Assembly: GCA_016840165.1 (NCBI GenBank)
Contig: JAEOSU010000050.1
Span: forward strand, 1-64,000
Reading direction: 5' to 3'
Source of the DNA: Promethearchaeota archaeon
GTDB taxonomy: Archaea; Asgardarchaeota; Lokiarchaeia; Sigyniarchaeales; SOKP01
Length of the DNA stretch: 64,000 nucleotides
The translations under genes and the position numbers were made by a program. The notes under the pieces were generated by a model, which had not been told where the DNA came from, searched no databases, and saw nothing but the letters and a program-made list of their open reading frames with translations. Shown piece after piece: positions 8,759-19,284 of the stretch. The stretch's first letter is position 1; the number at the start of each line of letters is the position of its first letter.

Positions 8759-10768
8759 TTAGTCCTCATCCCAATCAACATCAACGACTTTCTTCTTATC
8801 TTTTTTGTCGTCTTTTTCGGCTTTATAAGATGCACCGCCACTTCCTTGAGCAGCTTCTCCTGCTCCTCCTGGAGGGACACCACCCATGCCACCTGGGGGT
8901 ACTCCATCCATTCCACTGGCTGCGCGTTGTGCTTGTTCCGCCGCTTGTTGATAGACCTGGTCTTGGGTTTGCGACGCATAAATTCTTTGAGAAAAACTAT
9001 ACATCGATTTCTGTAGATTTTCAATGCCCATTTTAATTCGCTGTACATCGTCTGTTTTGACATCTTCCTCTAAAGACTTGATTGCTGCTTCGATTTCTTC
9101 TTTTTCTTTGTCTTGGATTTTATCCTTGTTATCTTCCATTAACTTCCTGGTTTGATAAATCATGGAATCTGCATTATTTTTTACTTCGATGAGTTCACGT
9201 ATTTTCTTATCTTCTTCTTCATACATTTCAGCATTCTTTACTTTTTCCTCTATCTCTTCAGGAGTGAGACCTTTTGTTCCAGTTACAGTAATTCCAGTTT
9301 CCTTGCCAGTCCCTAAGTCTTTAGCTGTGACATTTACAATCCCATCTGCGTCTATAGAGAATTTAACCTCTATTTGAGGTATTCCACGTGGTGCAGGGGG
9401 AATTCCAGTCAAATGGAACATACCTAATGAGATATTGTCTTTCGCCATCGCTCGTTCTCCCTGAAGTACATTGATGGTGACAGCAGGTTGATTATCTGCG
9501 GCTGTACTGAATGTTTGTTTTTTCTCTGTTGGAATGGTAGTATTTCTCTCAATTAATTTGGTGAATACGCCCCCAAGAGTTTCGACTCCTAATGATAAGG
9601 GGGTTACGTCTAATAATAGTAAATCTTCTACATCCCCTGCGATAACTCCACCTTGTATTGCAGCTCCAATAGCAACACATTCCATAGGATCAACAGAGTG
9701 TTCTGGTTCCTTACCGAAGAAATCTTTAAATCGTTTTTGAACTGAGGGCATCCTGGTTGGCCCACCAACCAAAATGATCTTATTAATGTCATTTACCGAT
9801 AATTTTGCATCAGTTACAGCCCTTCGCATAATTGGATCAAGTCTTTTAAGCACTGGTTCGATTAATGATTCCAATTTAGCACGTGTGAGCTCCATTTCCA
9901 AATGTAGTGGGTTACCTTCCCTTTGGGATATGTATGGTAGATTAATGGTGGTCGAGATAGTAGTAGATAGTTCTATCTTTGCCTTCTCTGCTGCGTCTTT
10001 AATGCGAATCATTGCTTTGGAATCTCCAGTCAGATCAATTCCTTCTTTTTTCTTAAACTCACCTTTTATCCAATTAATAATGTAATTATCCATATCTGTG
10101 CCACCGAGTTGAGTATCACCCGCAGTAGACAATACTTCGACGACTCCGCTTCCATATTCCATAAGTGTGATATCAAAAGTACCACCTCCTAAGTCAAGGA
10201 CACAAATCTTCCATAGTTTATCTTTTGTGTCTTTATCTAAACCATAAGCTAAGCATGCTGCAGTAGGCTCATTTATCATTCGAACCACCTCAAGCCCAGC
10301 AATTTCTCCTGCGTTCTTGGTTGCTGTACGTTGAGCATCATTGAAATATGCTGGTACAGTAATGACTGCTTTTTTCACCTCCTCACCAAGGTAAGCACTC
10401 GCATCGTTTTTAATCTTTTTGAGTATCATAGCTGATATCTCTTCAGGGGTGAACTCTTTCCATTCTTTTCCAACTTTTACCTTGGCTTTATATGATAAAC
10501 CCATTTTACGTTTGATAGCAGTTATTGTACCATCTGGATTTGAAACAGCTTGACGTCTAGCTGGCTCACCTACAATCTTTCTGCCATTTTCATCAAACGC
10601 GACATACGATGGAAAAGCTTTACCGCCAAGTGTACGTCCTTCTGCTGCAGGAATAATTTCTGGCTGTCCTGTTCCACTCAAGACAGCACATGCACTATTG
10701 CTCGTTCCTAAGTCTATACCGATGATCTTTTCTTTACGTTTCGTTTTATCAGTCTTATCTTCACTCAT
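8759..10768 (-). CDS. dnaK: chaperone DnaK (Hsp70)
   Basis: [25 protein letters not shown]; short archaeal/Gram-positive type N-domain. Confidence 0.99.
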   Translation of the reverse strand: MSEDKTDKTKRKEKIIGIDLGTSNSACAVLSGTGQPEIIPAAEGRTLGGKAFPSYVAFDENGRKIVGEPARRQAVSNPDGTITAIKRKMGLSYKAKVKVGKEWKEFTPEEISAMILKKIKNDASAYLGEEVKKAVITVPAYFNDAQRTATKNAGEIAGLEVVRMINEPTAACLAYGLDKDTKDKLWKICVLDLGGGTFDITLMEYGSGVVEVLSTAGDTQLGGTDMDNYIINWIKGEFKKKEGIDLTGDSKAMIRIKDAAEKAKIELSTTISTTINLPYISQREGNPLHLEMELTRAKLESLIEPVLKRLDPIMRRAVTDAKLSVNDINKIILVGGPTRMPSVQKRFKDFFGKEPEHSVDPMECVAIGAAIQGGVIAGDVEDLLLLDVTPLSLGVETLGGVFTKLIERNTTIPTEKKQTFSTAADNQPAVTINVLQGERAMAKDNISLGMFHLTGIPPAPRGIPQIEVKFSIDADGIVNVTAKDLGTGKETGITVTGTKGLTPEEIEEKVKNAEMYEEEDKKIRELIEVKNNADSMIYQTRKLMEDNKDKIQDKEKEEIEAAIKSLEEDVKTDDVQRIKMGIENLQKSMYSFSQRIYASQTQDQVYQQAAEQAQRAASGMDGVPPGGMGGVPPGGAGEAAQGSGGASYKAEKDDKKDKKKVVDVDWDED

Positions 10769-10938
10769 TTATATTTTCACTTTATTCGGAATGTTAGTTT
10801 ATAGTATTAAATTAAGATATAATTGTTTTATTCTTATGAAATATATAATTTAGAAAAATTTAAAATTTTTATGAATTTCTATGACATAGAGATCATTATA
10901 TCTTATTAAGTTTTTTTGGTTTAAAATAGGGAAAAACA

Positions 10939-11760
10939 ATGACTCGAAAAAAAGATAGCGATACAGAACCACCTATGGCTAAGAAGGATAATGATGAATT
11001 GACCACTAATAAGACTTCAGAAGATACCGCTAAAGAATCAGACCATTCAAAAAAGTCAGAAATGTCAACTGAAGTTAAGCAAATTGCAGGTAAAGAGCCC
11101 GGAAAGTTAGAATATTACTCAAAAGAATATTTGCTTGAAGAGGTCAAAAAACTAGAAACAGACTTAAAAGCATACAAGGAGGATCTTAAGAAAACTAAAC
11201 AAGATGCAGAAAGCTGGAAAAATAAATATACGAGGTTACAAGCAGAGTTTGAGAATGCTCAGAAGCGTTGGGACAAAAATCGTAAGAATTTAAGATTAGA
11301 ATATACTGCCTCAGTATTAAAAAGCTTCTTACCTTTATATGATTCTTTTAAAAAGGCTCTCTCCGATGATAAGGAGAATATGAAAATTTTGAAAGGTTTT
11401 TATGACCAATTTATGAATATCTTAAAAGGAAATAAAGCAGAACCTATGGAAGTAAAGAAGAATGAACTTTTTGATTATTCAACTCAAGAAGCACTAACTT
11501 CCATAGAAAAAACAGACATTCCAAAAAACACTATTTTGGAAGTAATCCAAGATGGTTGGAAGCTAGATAATGAAGTCTTAAGATATGCTAAGGTTATCAT
11601 ATCGAAAGAACCAAAACCTCCAGAACCAGAACCCGAAACTGTTGAACATGAACAAATAATAGAATCTGAAAATACAGAATCTGAAAATTCTCAAAAAAAT
11701 CCAGCAGATAATAAAGAATCTACTAAAACTGAGAAGGAAGAAACAAAACCAGAAAAATAA
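10939..11760 (+). CDS. grpE: nucleotide exchange factor GrpE
   Basis: RLQAEFENAQKR, LPLYDSF, VIQDGWKLDNEVLRYAKV. Confidence 0.93.
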   Translation: MTRKKDSDTEPPMAKKDNDELTTNKTSEDTAKESDHSKKSEMSTEVKQIAGKEPGKLEYYSKEYLLEEVKKLETDLKAYKEDLKKTKQDAESWKNKYTRLQAEFENAQKRWDKNRKNLRLEYTASVLKSFLPLYDSFKKALSDDKENMKILKGFYDQFMNILKGNKAEPMEVKKNELFDYSTQEALTSIEKTDIPKNTILEVIQDGWKLDNEVLRYAKVIISKEPKPPEPEPETVEHEQIIESENTESENSQKNPADNKESTKTEKEETKPEK

Positions 11761-11889
11761 TTTTTCAATCTTTTGTTATAATTTACTCGTTTTTTGGAAT
11801 ATGAATTTATTACTTATAATCAAAAGTTTTTTCTAATCGATTCATTACCTCTAACTTGATACTAAATTCAATGAGGAGAGACTAAAATT

Positions 11890-12759
11890 ATGTCAATAAG
11901 AAAAGTAAAGCTTTCATTAAAAAGTAGATCTACTTTAGAAGGAGCAGGTGTAAGATTAAAACGCGCATTCGGTTATGCTGACGAATCTTTGGATCCTTTT
12001 TTACTCTTAGATGATTTTAGCTCAAATAACCCAATTGATTATTTACCGGGATTTCCATGGCATCCACATAGGGGAATTGAAACAATCACCTATATTCTAC
12101 ATGGAAAGGTGGAACATAAGGATAGTTTAGGTAATGGAGGGGTAATAGGTTCGGGAGACGTTCAGTGGATGACAGCAGGATCAGGAATAATCCATCAGGA
12201 AATGCCAAAAGCTATGGATGGTGATCCAGAATTAATGGGATTTCAATTATGGGCCAATCTGCCTGCATCCCATAAAATGATGGATCCACGATATCGCGGA
12301 ATCACTCAGAGAGAGATTCCAGAGGTAAATATTGATAATAAAGTTAAAATAAAAGTAATATCTGGAGAAATAAATGGTGTTAAAGGACCAGTTCAAGATG
12401 TAGTTACTAATCCTGAGTACCTTGATTTATCTATCGATCCGAATCACCAATTCAGTCATAAAGTAACCCGAGATCATAATGTATTTGCCTACGTAATAAG
12501 TGGAGAGGCGTATTTTGATGATGATCATATTCAGCTTATCGATCAAAAAAATCTTGTGATATTTAGAAACGGTGATGAAATATACATTAAAACTGAAGAA
12601 AAACCCGTTCGATTTCTTTTAATATCAGCTAAACCATTAAAGGAACCAGTAGCTTGGCGTGGTCCAATAGTTATGAATACAGAAGAGGAACTGGAAAATG
12701 CCTTTCGGGAATTTAAGAATGGAACTTTCATAAAACATTCCTCCAAAGTGGATTATTAA
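11890..12759 (+). CDS. pirin family protein
   Basis: DPFLLLD, FPWHPHRGIET, QWMTAGSGIIHQE, GPIVMNT. Confidence 0.95.
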   Translation: MSIRKVKLSLKSRSTLEGAGVRLKRAFGYADESLDPFLLLDDFSSNNPIDYLPGFPWHPHRGIETITYILHGKVEHKDSLGNGGVIGSGDVQWMTAGSGIIHQEMPKAMDGDPELMGFQLWANLPASHKMMDPRYRGITQREIPEVNIDNKVKIKVISGEINGVKGPVQDVVTNPEYLDLSIDPNHQFSHKVTRDHNVFAYVISGEAYFDDDHIQLIDQKNLVIFRNGDEIYIKTEEKPVRFLLISAKPLKEPVAWRGPIVMNTEEELENAFREFKNGTFIKHSSKVDY

Positions 12760-12840
12760 TCATCATTTTTTTTAAAAATCAAAAAAATTATTAGTTGCTA
12801 TAAATTTATTATAACATAGATAAAATCTAATTGTTTTATT

Positions 12841-13095
12841 ATGTCTGAAGAACCACAACTGCCCCCAATACCGGATCTTGGAGATATCCTTGATAGGAAG
12901 AAACGAATGGTAGAGAAGATCACTTCCGTAATCAAATGTAAAGATTGCAAGGCCAAATACGAACGTCCTTTTAAAGCTGGCGATTACACCTTTAAAGCAT
13001 TGTCTGATGAAACCTGTGAAAAATGCAATAAAAGTCAATCCTTAATTATTGAAGAGATTTATTCTGAGTGGATTGATCCGAAAAAAAGTAAATAA
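12841..13095 (+). CDS. small zinc-ribbon protein
   Basis: CKDC...RPFKAGDY...CEKC. Confidence 0.75.
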   Translation: MSEEPQLPPIPDLGDILDRKKRMVEKITSVIKCKDCKAKYERPFKAGDYTFKALSDETCEKCNKSQSLIIEEIYSEWIDPKKSK

Positions 13096-13136
13096 ATATT
13101 ATCTTTAAGTTAAATAATAACCTTCTATTTAACATA

Positions 13137-13586
13137 ATGAGTATTCTTTTTATTTTAGATTTTAGCGAATTCATTATTATTAATCTTTTCAATTTGACTG
13201 TTTTTTTGTTATTTCTTTCTCGAGTAAAGAAACCGGAGCTTTCGAGAGGAATTGGTCTATTTAATTTAGTGCTTGGAATTCCTATATTTATTATTGCTAT
13301 ATTCAATTTAATTCTATTAAGAGACTGGTGGTATTGGGTATTTCCCTTCCTATTAATTGCTTTTATTCTATTCTCCTTGATTGTGGATTATATTAAAAAG
13401 ATTGAATTTCGAAACCCTAGAAAATTATCCATCCTTATCCCATTTCTATTAATTTTTTACATCAGTATTATTTTAATGTGGGGTCTAACATGGATATTAG
13501 GGGTCGTTTATGGAATTATAACTGGTATAACTTACTTTCTCCAGTTATTTGGCGCCTATTATGCTGGAAAACATGGAGTCGGATAA
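13137..13586 (+). CDS. multi-pass membrane protein
   Basis: Hydrophobic throughout, about 5 TM segments. Confidence 0.75.
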   Translation: MSILFILDFSEFIIINLFNLTVFLLFLSRVKKPELSRGIGLFNLVLGIPIFIIAIFNLILLRDWWYWVFPFLLIAFILFSLIVDYIKKIEFRNPRKLSILIPFLLIFYISIILMWGLTWILGVVYGIITGITYFLQLFGAYYAGKHGVG

Positions 13587-13591
13587 AAAAG

Positions 13592-14584
13592 TTATTCCAA
13601 TCCTAATAGTTTTATAATCAAATTAGCCATGGAATAGGGATCCATACTTTTATCCATCACCAATTTGATATAGTCATCGATTACTGAATTAGAGCTTAGG
13701 AGTTTTTCTACTTTTTTAGTAATTTTATATTTAAGAATTTGAGAAGTCTCGCTTTTTATTCGGTTTATTTTGTAACTATCGATAATTTTAGAGGACTTCA
13801 AATATTTCTTATGTTTTTCAATCAATTCAAGAAGAGAGTCAAAATTCTCTCCTGTTATTGAGTTGACTTTAACAATTTCAGGGGTCCATTGCTTTATTTT
13901 GGCAAAATCACTGTCAGTCTTCTCCTCGCTATATTTAAAGTTCATTCCCAGCTCAAGCATTTGCATTATCTCAGCAACTTTCTTGTCGGCTCCATCTAAA
14001 TCCATTTTATTTACGACAAAAATATCTGTTATTTCCATAATTCCCGCTTTTATAGCTTGAATATCATCTCCTAATCCTGGAACCAAAAGAATCACGACTG
14101 TATGCGCTGATTTAAAGATGTCTACTTCTGATTGTCCGACTCCCACAGTTTCTACAAGTATTATATCACAGCCATATGCATCCAGAATTTTAATAACATC
14201 TTCAGTAGCTCTTGCTAGGCCTCCTAATTGCATCCTATTTGCCATACTCCTAATGAAAACATTTTCTAAAGAGAAGTTCTCTTTCATACGAATGCGATCC
14301 CCTAACAATGCACCACCCGACAAAGGACTTGTTGGATCAACGCAAACAATACCAATTTTTTTTCCTTGGGAGATTAATTTTTTCGTGAGGTTCGATATAA
14401 AGGTGCTTTTTCCACTTCCAGGAGCACCAGTAATTCCAAGGATATAGGCATTGCCTGTATACTTATAAATAGAATTAATTATTTTTTCAGCAGCTTGAAT
14501 ATCGTTTTCTACTAATGTTATCAATCGAGCCGCAGCTCTGGTGTCTCCTTTTATTAAGTTTTCAATTAGGTTCGAATAGTCCAT
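13592..14584 (-). CDS. meaB: MeaB/ArgK G-protein chaperone of B12 mutase
   Basis: GITGAPGSGKST, DPTSPLSGGALLGDRIRM, ETVGVGQSE, NKMD. Confidence 0.95.
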   Translation of the reverse strand: MDYSNLIENLIKGDTRAAARLITLVENDIQAAEKIINSIYKYTGNAYILGITGAPGSGKSTFISNLTKKLISQGKKIGIVCVDPTSPLSGGALLGDRIRMKENFSLENVFIRSMANRMQLGGLARATEDVIKILDAYGCDIILVETVGVGQSEVDIFKSAHTVVILLVPGLGDDIQAIKAGIMEITDIFVVNKMDLDGADKKVAEIMQMLELGMNFKYSEEKTDSDFAKIKQWTPEIVKVNSITGENFDSLLELIEKHKKYLKSSKIIDSYKINRIKSETSQILKYKITKKVEKLLSSNSVIDDYIKLVMDKSMDPYSMANLIIKLLGLE

Positions 14585-14591
14585 TGTAGCA

Positions 14592-14993
14592 TTATCTTTT
14601 TAGATTGTTTTTCACGAATTCTACGATTTCCTTTAATTCAGTTCCAGGACCATAAAATCCCGATAATCCATGTTTCTCTAAGAAAGGTTTATCTTCGTCA
14701 GGAATTATCCCTCCTACAGCAACCAAAACATCATCAATTCCTTTTTCTTTTAATTTTTCCATAATTAATGGACATAATGCATTATGTGCCCCAGATAGTA
14801 TGCTTAACATAACGGCATCAGGATCTTCTTGAATAACGGTATTTACCACATCTTCCGGGGTTTGGTGGATACCGGTATAAATAACTTCCATTCCTGCGTC
14901 TCTTAATGCGCGAGCAAGGACTTTCGCTCCTCTATCATGGCCGTCAAGTCCAGGCTTGGCAACTAGTACTTTAATTTTCCTCTTTTCATCCAT
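14592..14993 (-). CDS. acyl-CoA mutase small (cobalamin-binding) subunit
   Basis: KPGLDGHDRG (DxHxxG), SILSGAH, GGIIP. Confidence 0.95.
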   Translation of the reverse strand: MDEKRKIKVLVAKPGLDGHDRGAKVLARALRDAGMEVIYTGIHQTPEDVVNTVIQEDPDAVMLSILSGAHNALCPLIMEKLKEKGIDDVLVAVGGIIPDEDKPFLEKHGLSGFYGPGTELKEIVEFVKNNLKR

Positions 14994-15005
14994 TTTTTTA
15001 ACCTC

Positions 15006-16655
15006 TTAATAAATTGAATCTTCGATATATGTTCCAAATACTTCCTTGAGAGTCGATATTATCTCTCCGATTGAAGCATATTCTCTAACGGCATCAATAA
15101 TTAAAGGCATAAGATTTTCCGTCCCTTCTGCAGCCTCCTTTAATTTGGAAAGTGCTTCTTTGACTTTTTCAGTATTACGATTACTTTTAGTCGTATTAAG
15201 GCGTTTGATTTGTTCTTTAGCGACTTCTTCGTCAATCTTTAAAAGAGGAGTAGAGCATGGTTCTCTTAGTTTAAAATCATTTACACCAACAATAATACGT
15301 TCACGAGCTTCAATTTCTTTTTGGTATCGGTAAGAAGCATTTGCTATTTCTTTTTGAAAGAAATTAGCCTTTATTGCAGGAATTACACCCCCAATTTCCT
15401 CAATGCGAGCAAAATAATTTTCTGCCTCTTCTTCCATTTTATTTGTTAGCCACTCAACATAATATGACCCGGCTAAGGGATCAACTGTATCGGCGACCCC
15501 AGATTCATGGGCGATAATTTGTTGAGTTCTAAGAGCAATTTTAACTGCCTTTTCTGTCGGAAGACAAAGGGCCTCATCAAAACTATTTGTATGAAGCGAT
15601 TGGGTTCCACCTAGCACAGCCGCTAAACCTTGCATAGTTACGCGTACAATATTATTTTCAGGTTCCTGAGCGCTGAGGGAAACTCCCGCTGTTTGGGTAT
15701 GGAATCTCAAGCGAAGAGATTCTGGCTTTTTTGCCCCATACTTATTTTTCATCCTTTTTGCCCAAATCCTTCTTGCTGCCCGGTATTTGCATATTTCTTC
15801 GAAAAAATTATTATGAGAATTAAAGAAAAATGATAATCTAGGGGCAAAATCATCAACATCTAGTCCTCTCTCCATAGCGGCCTCAACATAGGCAAAACCA
15901 TCAGCTAATGTAAATGCTAGTTCTTGGACAGCAGTCGAACCTGCTTCTCGAATATGATATCCACTAATACTTATTGTATACCATTGGGGTACATATTTAG
16001 TACAATACTCGATTGTATCCACAATTAAGCGCATTGAAGGTTCTGGAGGAAATATCCATGACTTCTGAGCGATATATTCTTTTAAAATATCATTTTGTAT
16101 AGTACCTCGCAATTCGTCTGGAGAGTGGCCTTGCTTCTCAGCAGTCACAATATACATCGCTAATAAAATCGATGCAGGTCCATTTATCGTCATCGAAGTT
16201 GAAATGCGTGATAAATCTATTCCACTAAATAGAGTTTCCATATCTTTTAAGATATCGATTGATACGCCTTCTTTCCCTACCTCTCCAAGGGCCTTTTCGC
16301 TATCCGCTTCAAATCCGTAAATAGTGTGGAGACTAAATGCAACACTTAATCCTGTTTGTCCATGTTCCAATAAAAACTTATATCTTTCATTGGTTTGTGA
16401 GGCAGTACCAAATCCCGCGAATTGACGCATGGTCCAGAGACGTCCCCGATACATATTCTTATAAGGTCCGCGTGTGTATGGATATTTACCTGGTTCTCCT
16501 AAATCCATTGTATAGTTTAAATTCTCGATATCCTCAGGGGTATATAACCGTTTAATTTCAATATTCGAAAGATTGCGAAATTTTTCCTTTCTCTCTTCTT
16601 TGGCTGGTTTTAAGGTCTTATTTTCATCTATTTCTGTCATGATTTTAGAATACAA
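15006..16655 (-). CDS. B12-dependent acyl-CoA mutase large subunit, isobutyryl-CoA mutase-like
   Basis: WTMRQFAGFG, QNDILKEYIAQ, GYHIREAG, GGTQSLHTNSFDEA. Confidence 0.9.
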   Translation of the reverse strand: MYSKIMTEIDENKTLKPAKEERKEKFRNLSNIEIKRLYTPEDIENLNYTMDLGEPGKYPYTRGPYKNMYRGRLWTMRQFAGFGTASQTNERYKFLLEHGQTGLSVAFSLHTIYGFEADSEKALGEVGKEGVSIDILKDMETLFSGIDLSRISTSMTINGPASILLAMYIVTAEKQGHSPDELRGTIQNDILKEYIAQKSWIFPPEPSMRLIVDTIEYCTKYVPQWYTISISGYHIREAGSTAVQELAFTLADGFAYVEAAMERGLDVDDFAPRLSFFFNSHNNFFEEICKYRAARRIWAKRMKNKYGAKKPESLRLRFHTQTAGVSLSAQEPENNIVRVTMQGLAAVLGGTQSLHTNSFDEALCLPTEKAVKIALRTQQIIAHESGVADTVDPLAGSYYVEWLTNKMEEEAENYFARIEEIGGVIPAIKANFFQKEIANASYRYQKEIEARERIIVGVNDFKLREPCSTPLLKIDEEVAKEQIKRLNTTKSNRNTEKVKEALSKLKEAAEGTENLMPLIIDAVREYASIGEIISTLKEVFGTYIEDSIY

Positions 16656-16804
16656 AATTTATATCATAAATCTTCTATTTTTTGATAAGGTATTAGAATT
16701 ATTAATTTTTTCTTTAATCCGTGAAAATTGGAAAGATGATATTTTAAATAATATTAGGGCAAATAATAAAATAATTAAGAATTATTAATTGGCAGGCAAA
16801 TAAA

Positions 16805-18073
16805 ATGTCAGAAAAAGTACCTCGAAATATTTTATTGAGAATAATATTTCTCTCATTAGCAGGTGAAATTGCTTGGGCAGTTGAGAACCAATATTACAAT
16901 GTATTTTTGTATAATGAAATCTCAGCTACACCAATTTATGTATCTCTTATGGTAGCTATAACTACTACTGTCGGGACAATCGCCACGATCATCATGGGTT
17001 CTCTTAGTGATGTAAAAGGGAGAAGAAAACCATTTTTATTGTATGGATATATATTTTGGGCGATAACTACCGCCATCTTTCCACTTAGTGCTTCTTTTAT
17101 TCCTATAGGTGTTGGATTTGCTATATTTATAGCTATTTTATTCGATTCTATTATGACTTTCTTTGGAGCAACTGCTAAAAATGCGAGTTTAAATGCATAC
17201 ATAACGGATGTAACAACCGTGGAGAATCGAGGTAAAGCTATGAGTGTTGCTCAAATGATGGTTTTAGTGTCATTACTCGTGGTATATGGAGGTGCGGGTC
17301 CCTTAATTAACTCATTAGGATATTATGCATTCTTTTATTTGACTGGCTTTTTAGTTGGATTATTTGGAATCCTTGGAAGTATTGGAATGACTGAACCAAC
17401 AAACATCAATAGATTAGAAGTTTCAGTATTCAATCATATAAAGAATACATTTAAGCGATCAAATTTATCCGGTTCGAAAAATTTTTTTATTGTATTAGCA
17501 ATAATTGGCTGCTGGGGGATAAGTCTGAATATATGTTTTCCCTTTTTAATAATATACCTAAATCACTATATAGGATTAAATGTATTAATTTCATCATTGT
17601 TAATGTTTATAGCACTTGCTATATCAATAATCTTAGCTTATCCTCTTGGGATTTTAATTGATAAGGTAGGGAGAAAGAAAATTACATTCATATCCACATT
17701 TTTATTTAGTCTGTCTCTATTCCTATTTGGATTGTCTGATAATGAACTAACCTTAGTAATTACCGGTACAATGTGGTTGGTGTTTTATACCTCTTTATCC
17801 GTTGCTACTTTTACATGGGCAAAGGATTTGTATCCTTCGGAGAGTAGAGGACAATTTAGTGGATATTGGAATCTTTTTTCGGGAACAATTCCTATGGTAA
17901 TTGGCCCACTTATCGGAGGGTGGATTGCTACCGAATTTGGAATATATAAGGAAATTTCTACTGGGCAATGGGGTTTTGTCCCTCCACCCTTAATCTATTT
18001 TGCTGCAGCCATATTTGCATTAATAACTCTCATTCCATTATTTTTCGCAAAGGAAAATAAATCTAAAATTTAG
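16805..18073 (+). CDS. MFS transporter
   Basis: 12-TM pattern, GSLSDVKGRRK and GILIDKVGRKK motif A. Confidence 0.92.
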   Translation: MSEKVPRNILLRIIFLSLAGEIAWAVENQYYNVFLYNEISATPIYVSLMVAITTTVGTIATIIMGSLSDVKGRRKPFLLYGYIFWAITTAIFPLSASFIPIGVGFAIFIAILFDSIMTFFGATAKNASLNAYITDVTTVENRGKAMSVAQMMVLVSLLVVYGGAGPLINSLGYYAFFYLTGFLVGLFGILGSIGMTEPTNINRLEVSVFNHIKNTFKRSNLSGSKNFFIVLAIIGCWGISLNICFPFLIIYLNHYIGLNVLISSLLMFIALAISIILAYPLGILIDKVGRKKITFISTFLFSLSLFLFGLSDNELTLVITGTMWLVFYTSLSVATFTWAKDLYPSESRGQFSGYWNLFSGTIPMVIGPLIGGWIATEFGIYKEISTGQWGFVPPPLIYFAAAIFALITLIPLFFAKENKSKI

Positions 18074-19143
18074 ATTTTAAAATGATTTACAGCATTTTCA
18101 AATAATTTTATTCCTTTTTCTACAAAAACAAATATTTTTAAGATTTGTTCAACCCATTCAAGCATTATGTCATACCCATCTAATCTTTTTAGCTCATCTT
18201 CTCTATTTTTCATTTCCTGAAATATCTGATCAATTTTATTCTTAAATTGATTGATATATTTGAATCTTTGATATTGTTTTAAATAATTTGAATAGGCTAT
18301 TGATGGTATTTCATAAAATCTCTTCCGGACTCCCTTTACTTTTTCAAGTTCAATAAGGTCTTTTTTTAATAAGTGATTAACTCCTTCAGATATCAAGCCA
18401 GACGATAAATCCGTGAGCTCCTGCAATTGAGATTGAGTTAACTTTCTACGTGTTATAAGATAAGAAAAAATAGGCATATAACTAATCTCATCTATCATAA
18501 AAAGAGGATTATTTTCAATAAATTTTAGTATCTCTTTTTCAATTTCAAAAATACATTTCTTTTTCATTCCATCAATCAGATCAATTGAGATTTCTATTTC
18601 ACGTTTTTGCTCTCTATTAAATTCATCAAAAAGAAAATCTTTCATTAAATTTTCTTGAAATAATAAAAAATCTTTAATTTCCTTCAATCTTTCTTTTAAA
18701 ATCGTATGAAGTTTAATCTCGGTTGCCTCTGGTTTAAAATTTTTTAAAGCTTGTATTCTGACTTCAATAAATTCGATCCAACTTTTTAATTCATCAAATC
18801 CCGACTCAAATCCTGTAGACATTAAATCTTTAATATTTCTATCTTTTAGAGTATATCTAAATGAATTTTTCTTTTCTGGAATTTTGCTTTTTACTAATAC
18901 TCCGTATCTTTCATATTGACTTAAAAAATTTGAGATACTTCCTTTAGAAATTTTTTTCTTACGAAAAATTGTAGATAATTCCTGGATTTGCTTTTGAGTT
19001 AAACTTTGATGAAGAAGGAAATAAGCTAAGATATGTGATTCTATATCGGAACTCCTTTTATTTTTACCCGATTCTACTATGAAATCAATTAAATCTCTCT
19101 CAAAGCGTCTTATTTCTTTGGGATAAATATGATTTTTAGGCAT
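18070..19143 (-). CDS. transcriptional regulator with two GbsR/MarR-like winged-HTH domains
   Basis: Repeated LTQKQIQELS..SKGSIS and LTQSQLQELT.LSSGLIS modules. Confidence 0.8.
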   Translation of the reverse strand: MPKNHIYPKEIRRFERDLIDFIVESGKNKRSSDIESHILAYFLLHQSLTQKQIQELSTIFRKKKISKGSISNFLSQYERYGVLVKSKIPEKKNSFRYTLKDRNIKDLMSTGFESGFDELKSWIEFIEVRIQALKNFKPEATEIKLHTILKERLKEIKDFLLFQENLMKDFLFDEFNREQKREIEISIDLIDGMKKKCIFEIEKEILKFIENNPLFMIDEISYMPIFSYLITRRKLTQSQLQELTDLSSGLISEGVNHLLKKDLIELEKVKGVRKRFYEIPSIAYSNYLKQYQRFKYINQFKNKIDQIFQEMKNREDELKRLDGYDIMLEWVEQILKIFVFVEKGIKLFENAVNHFKI

Positions 19144-19180
19144 TCTTTACATAATAATATAGTTTTTAGATATAAAAACT

Positions 19181-19284
19181 TTCACTTGATATGAATTTTC
19201 ACGATTATTGAAAACATTTAAATACTCGGACAATTTATCACTTAATGGAATCTTCATTTTTTATGAAAATTCACAAATAATGAA
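19181..19284. promoter_or_regulatory. four TTCA-N7-TGAA palindromic operator sites (19181, 19198, 19253, 19270)
   Basis: Exact matches in two pairs with 17-bp period, between the divergent regulator and its neighbour. Confidence 0.7.

Noticed and set aside
8734-10085. Several alternative and antisense ORFs within dnaK
   Set aside because: Typical codon-bias shadows of Hsp70 genes; no independent coding signal
13863-16788. Short + strand ORFs over the meaB and mutase genes
   Set aside because: Antisense to well-supported genes
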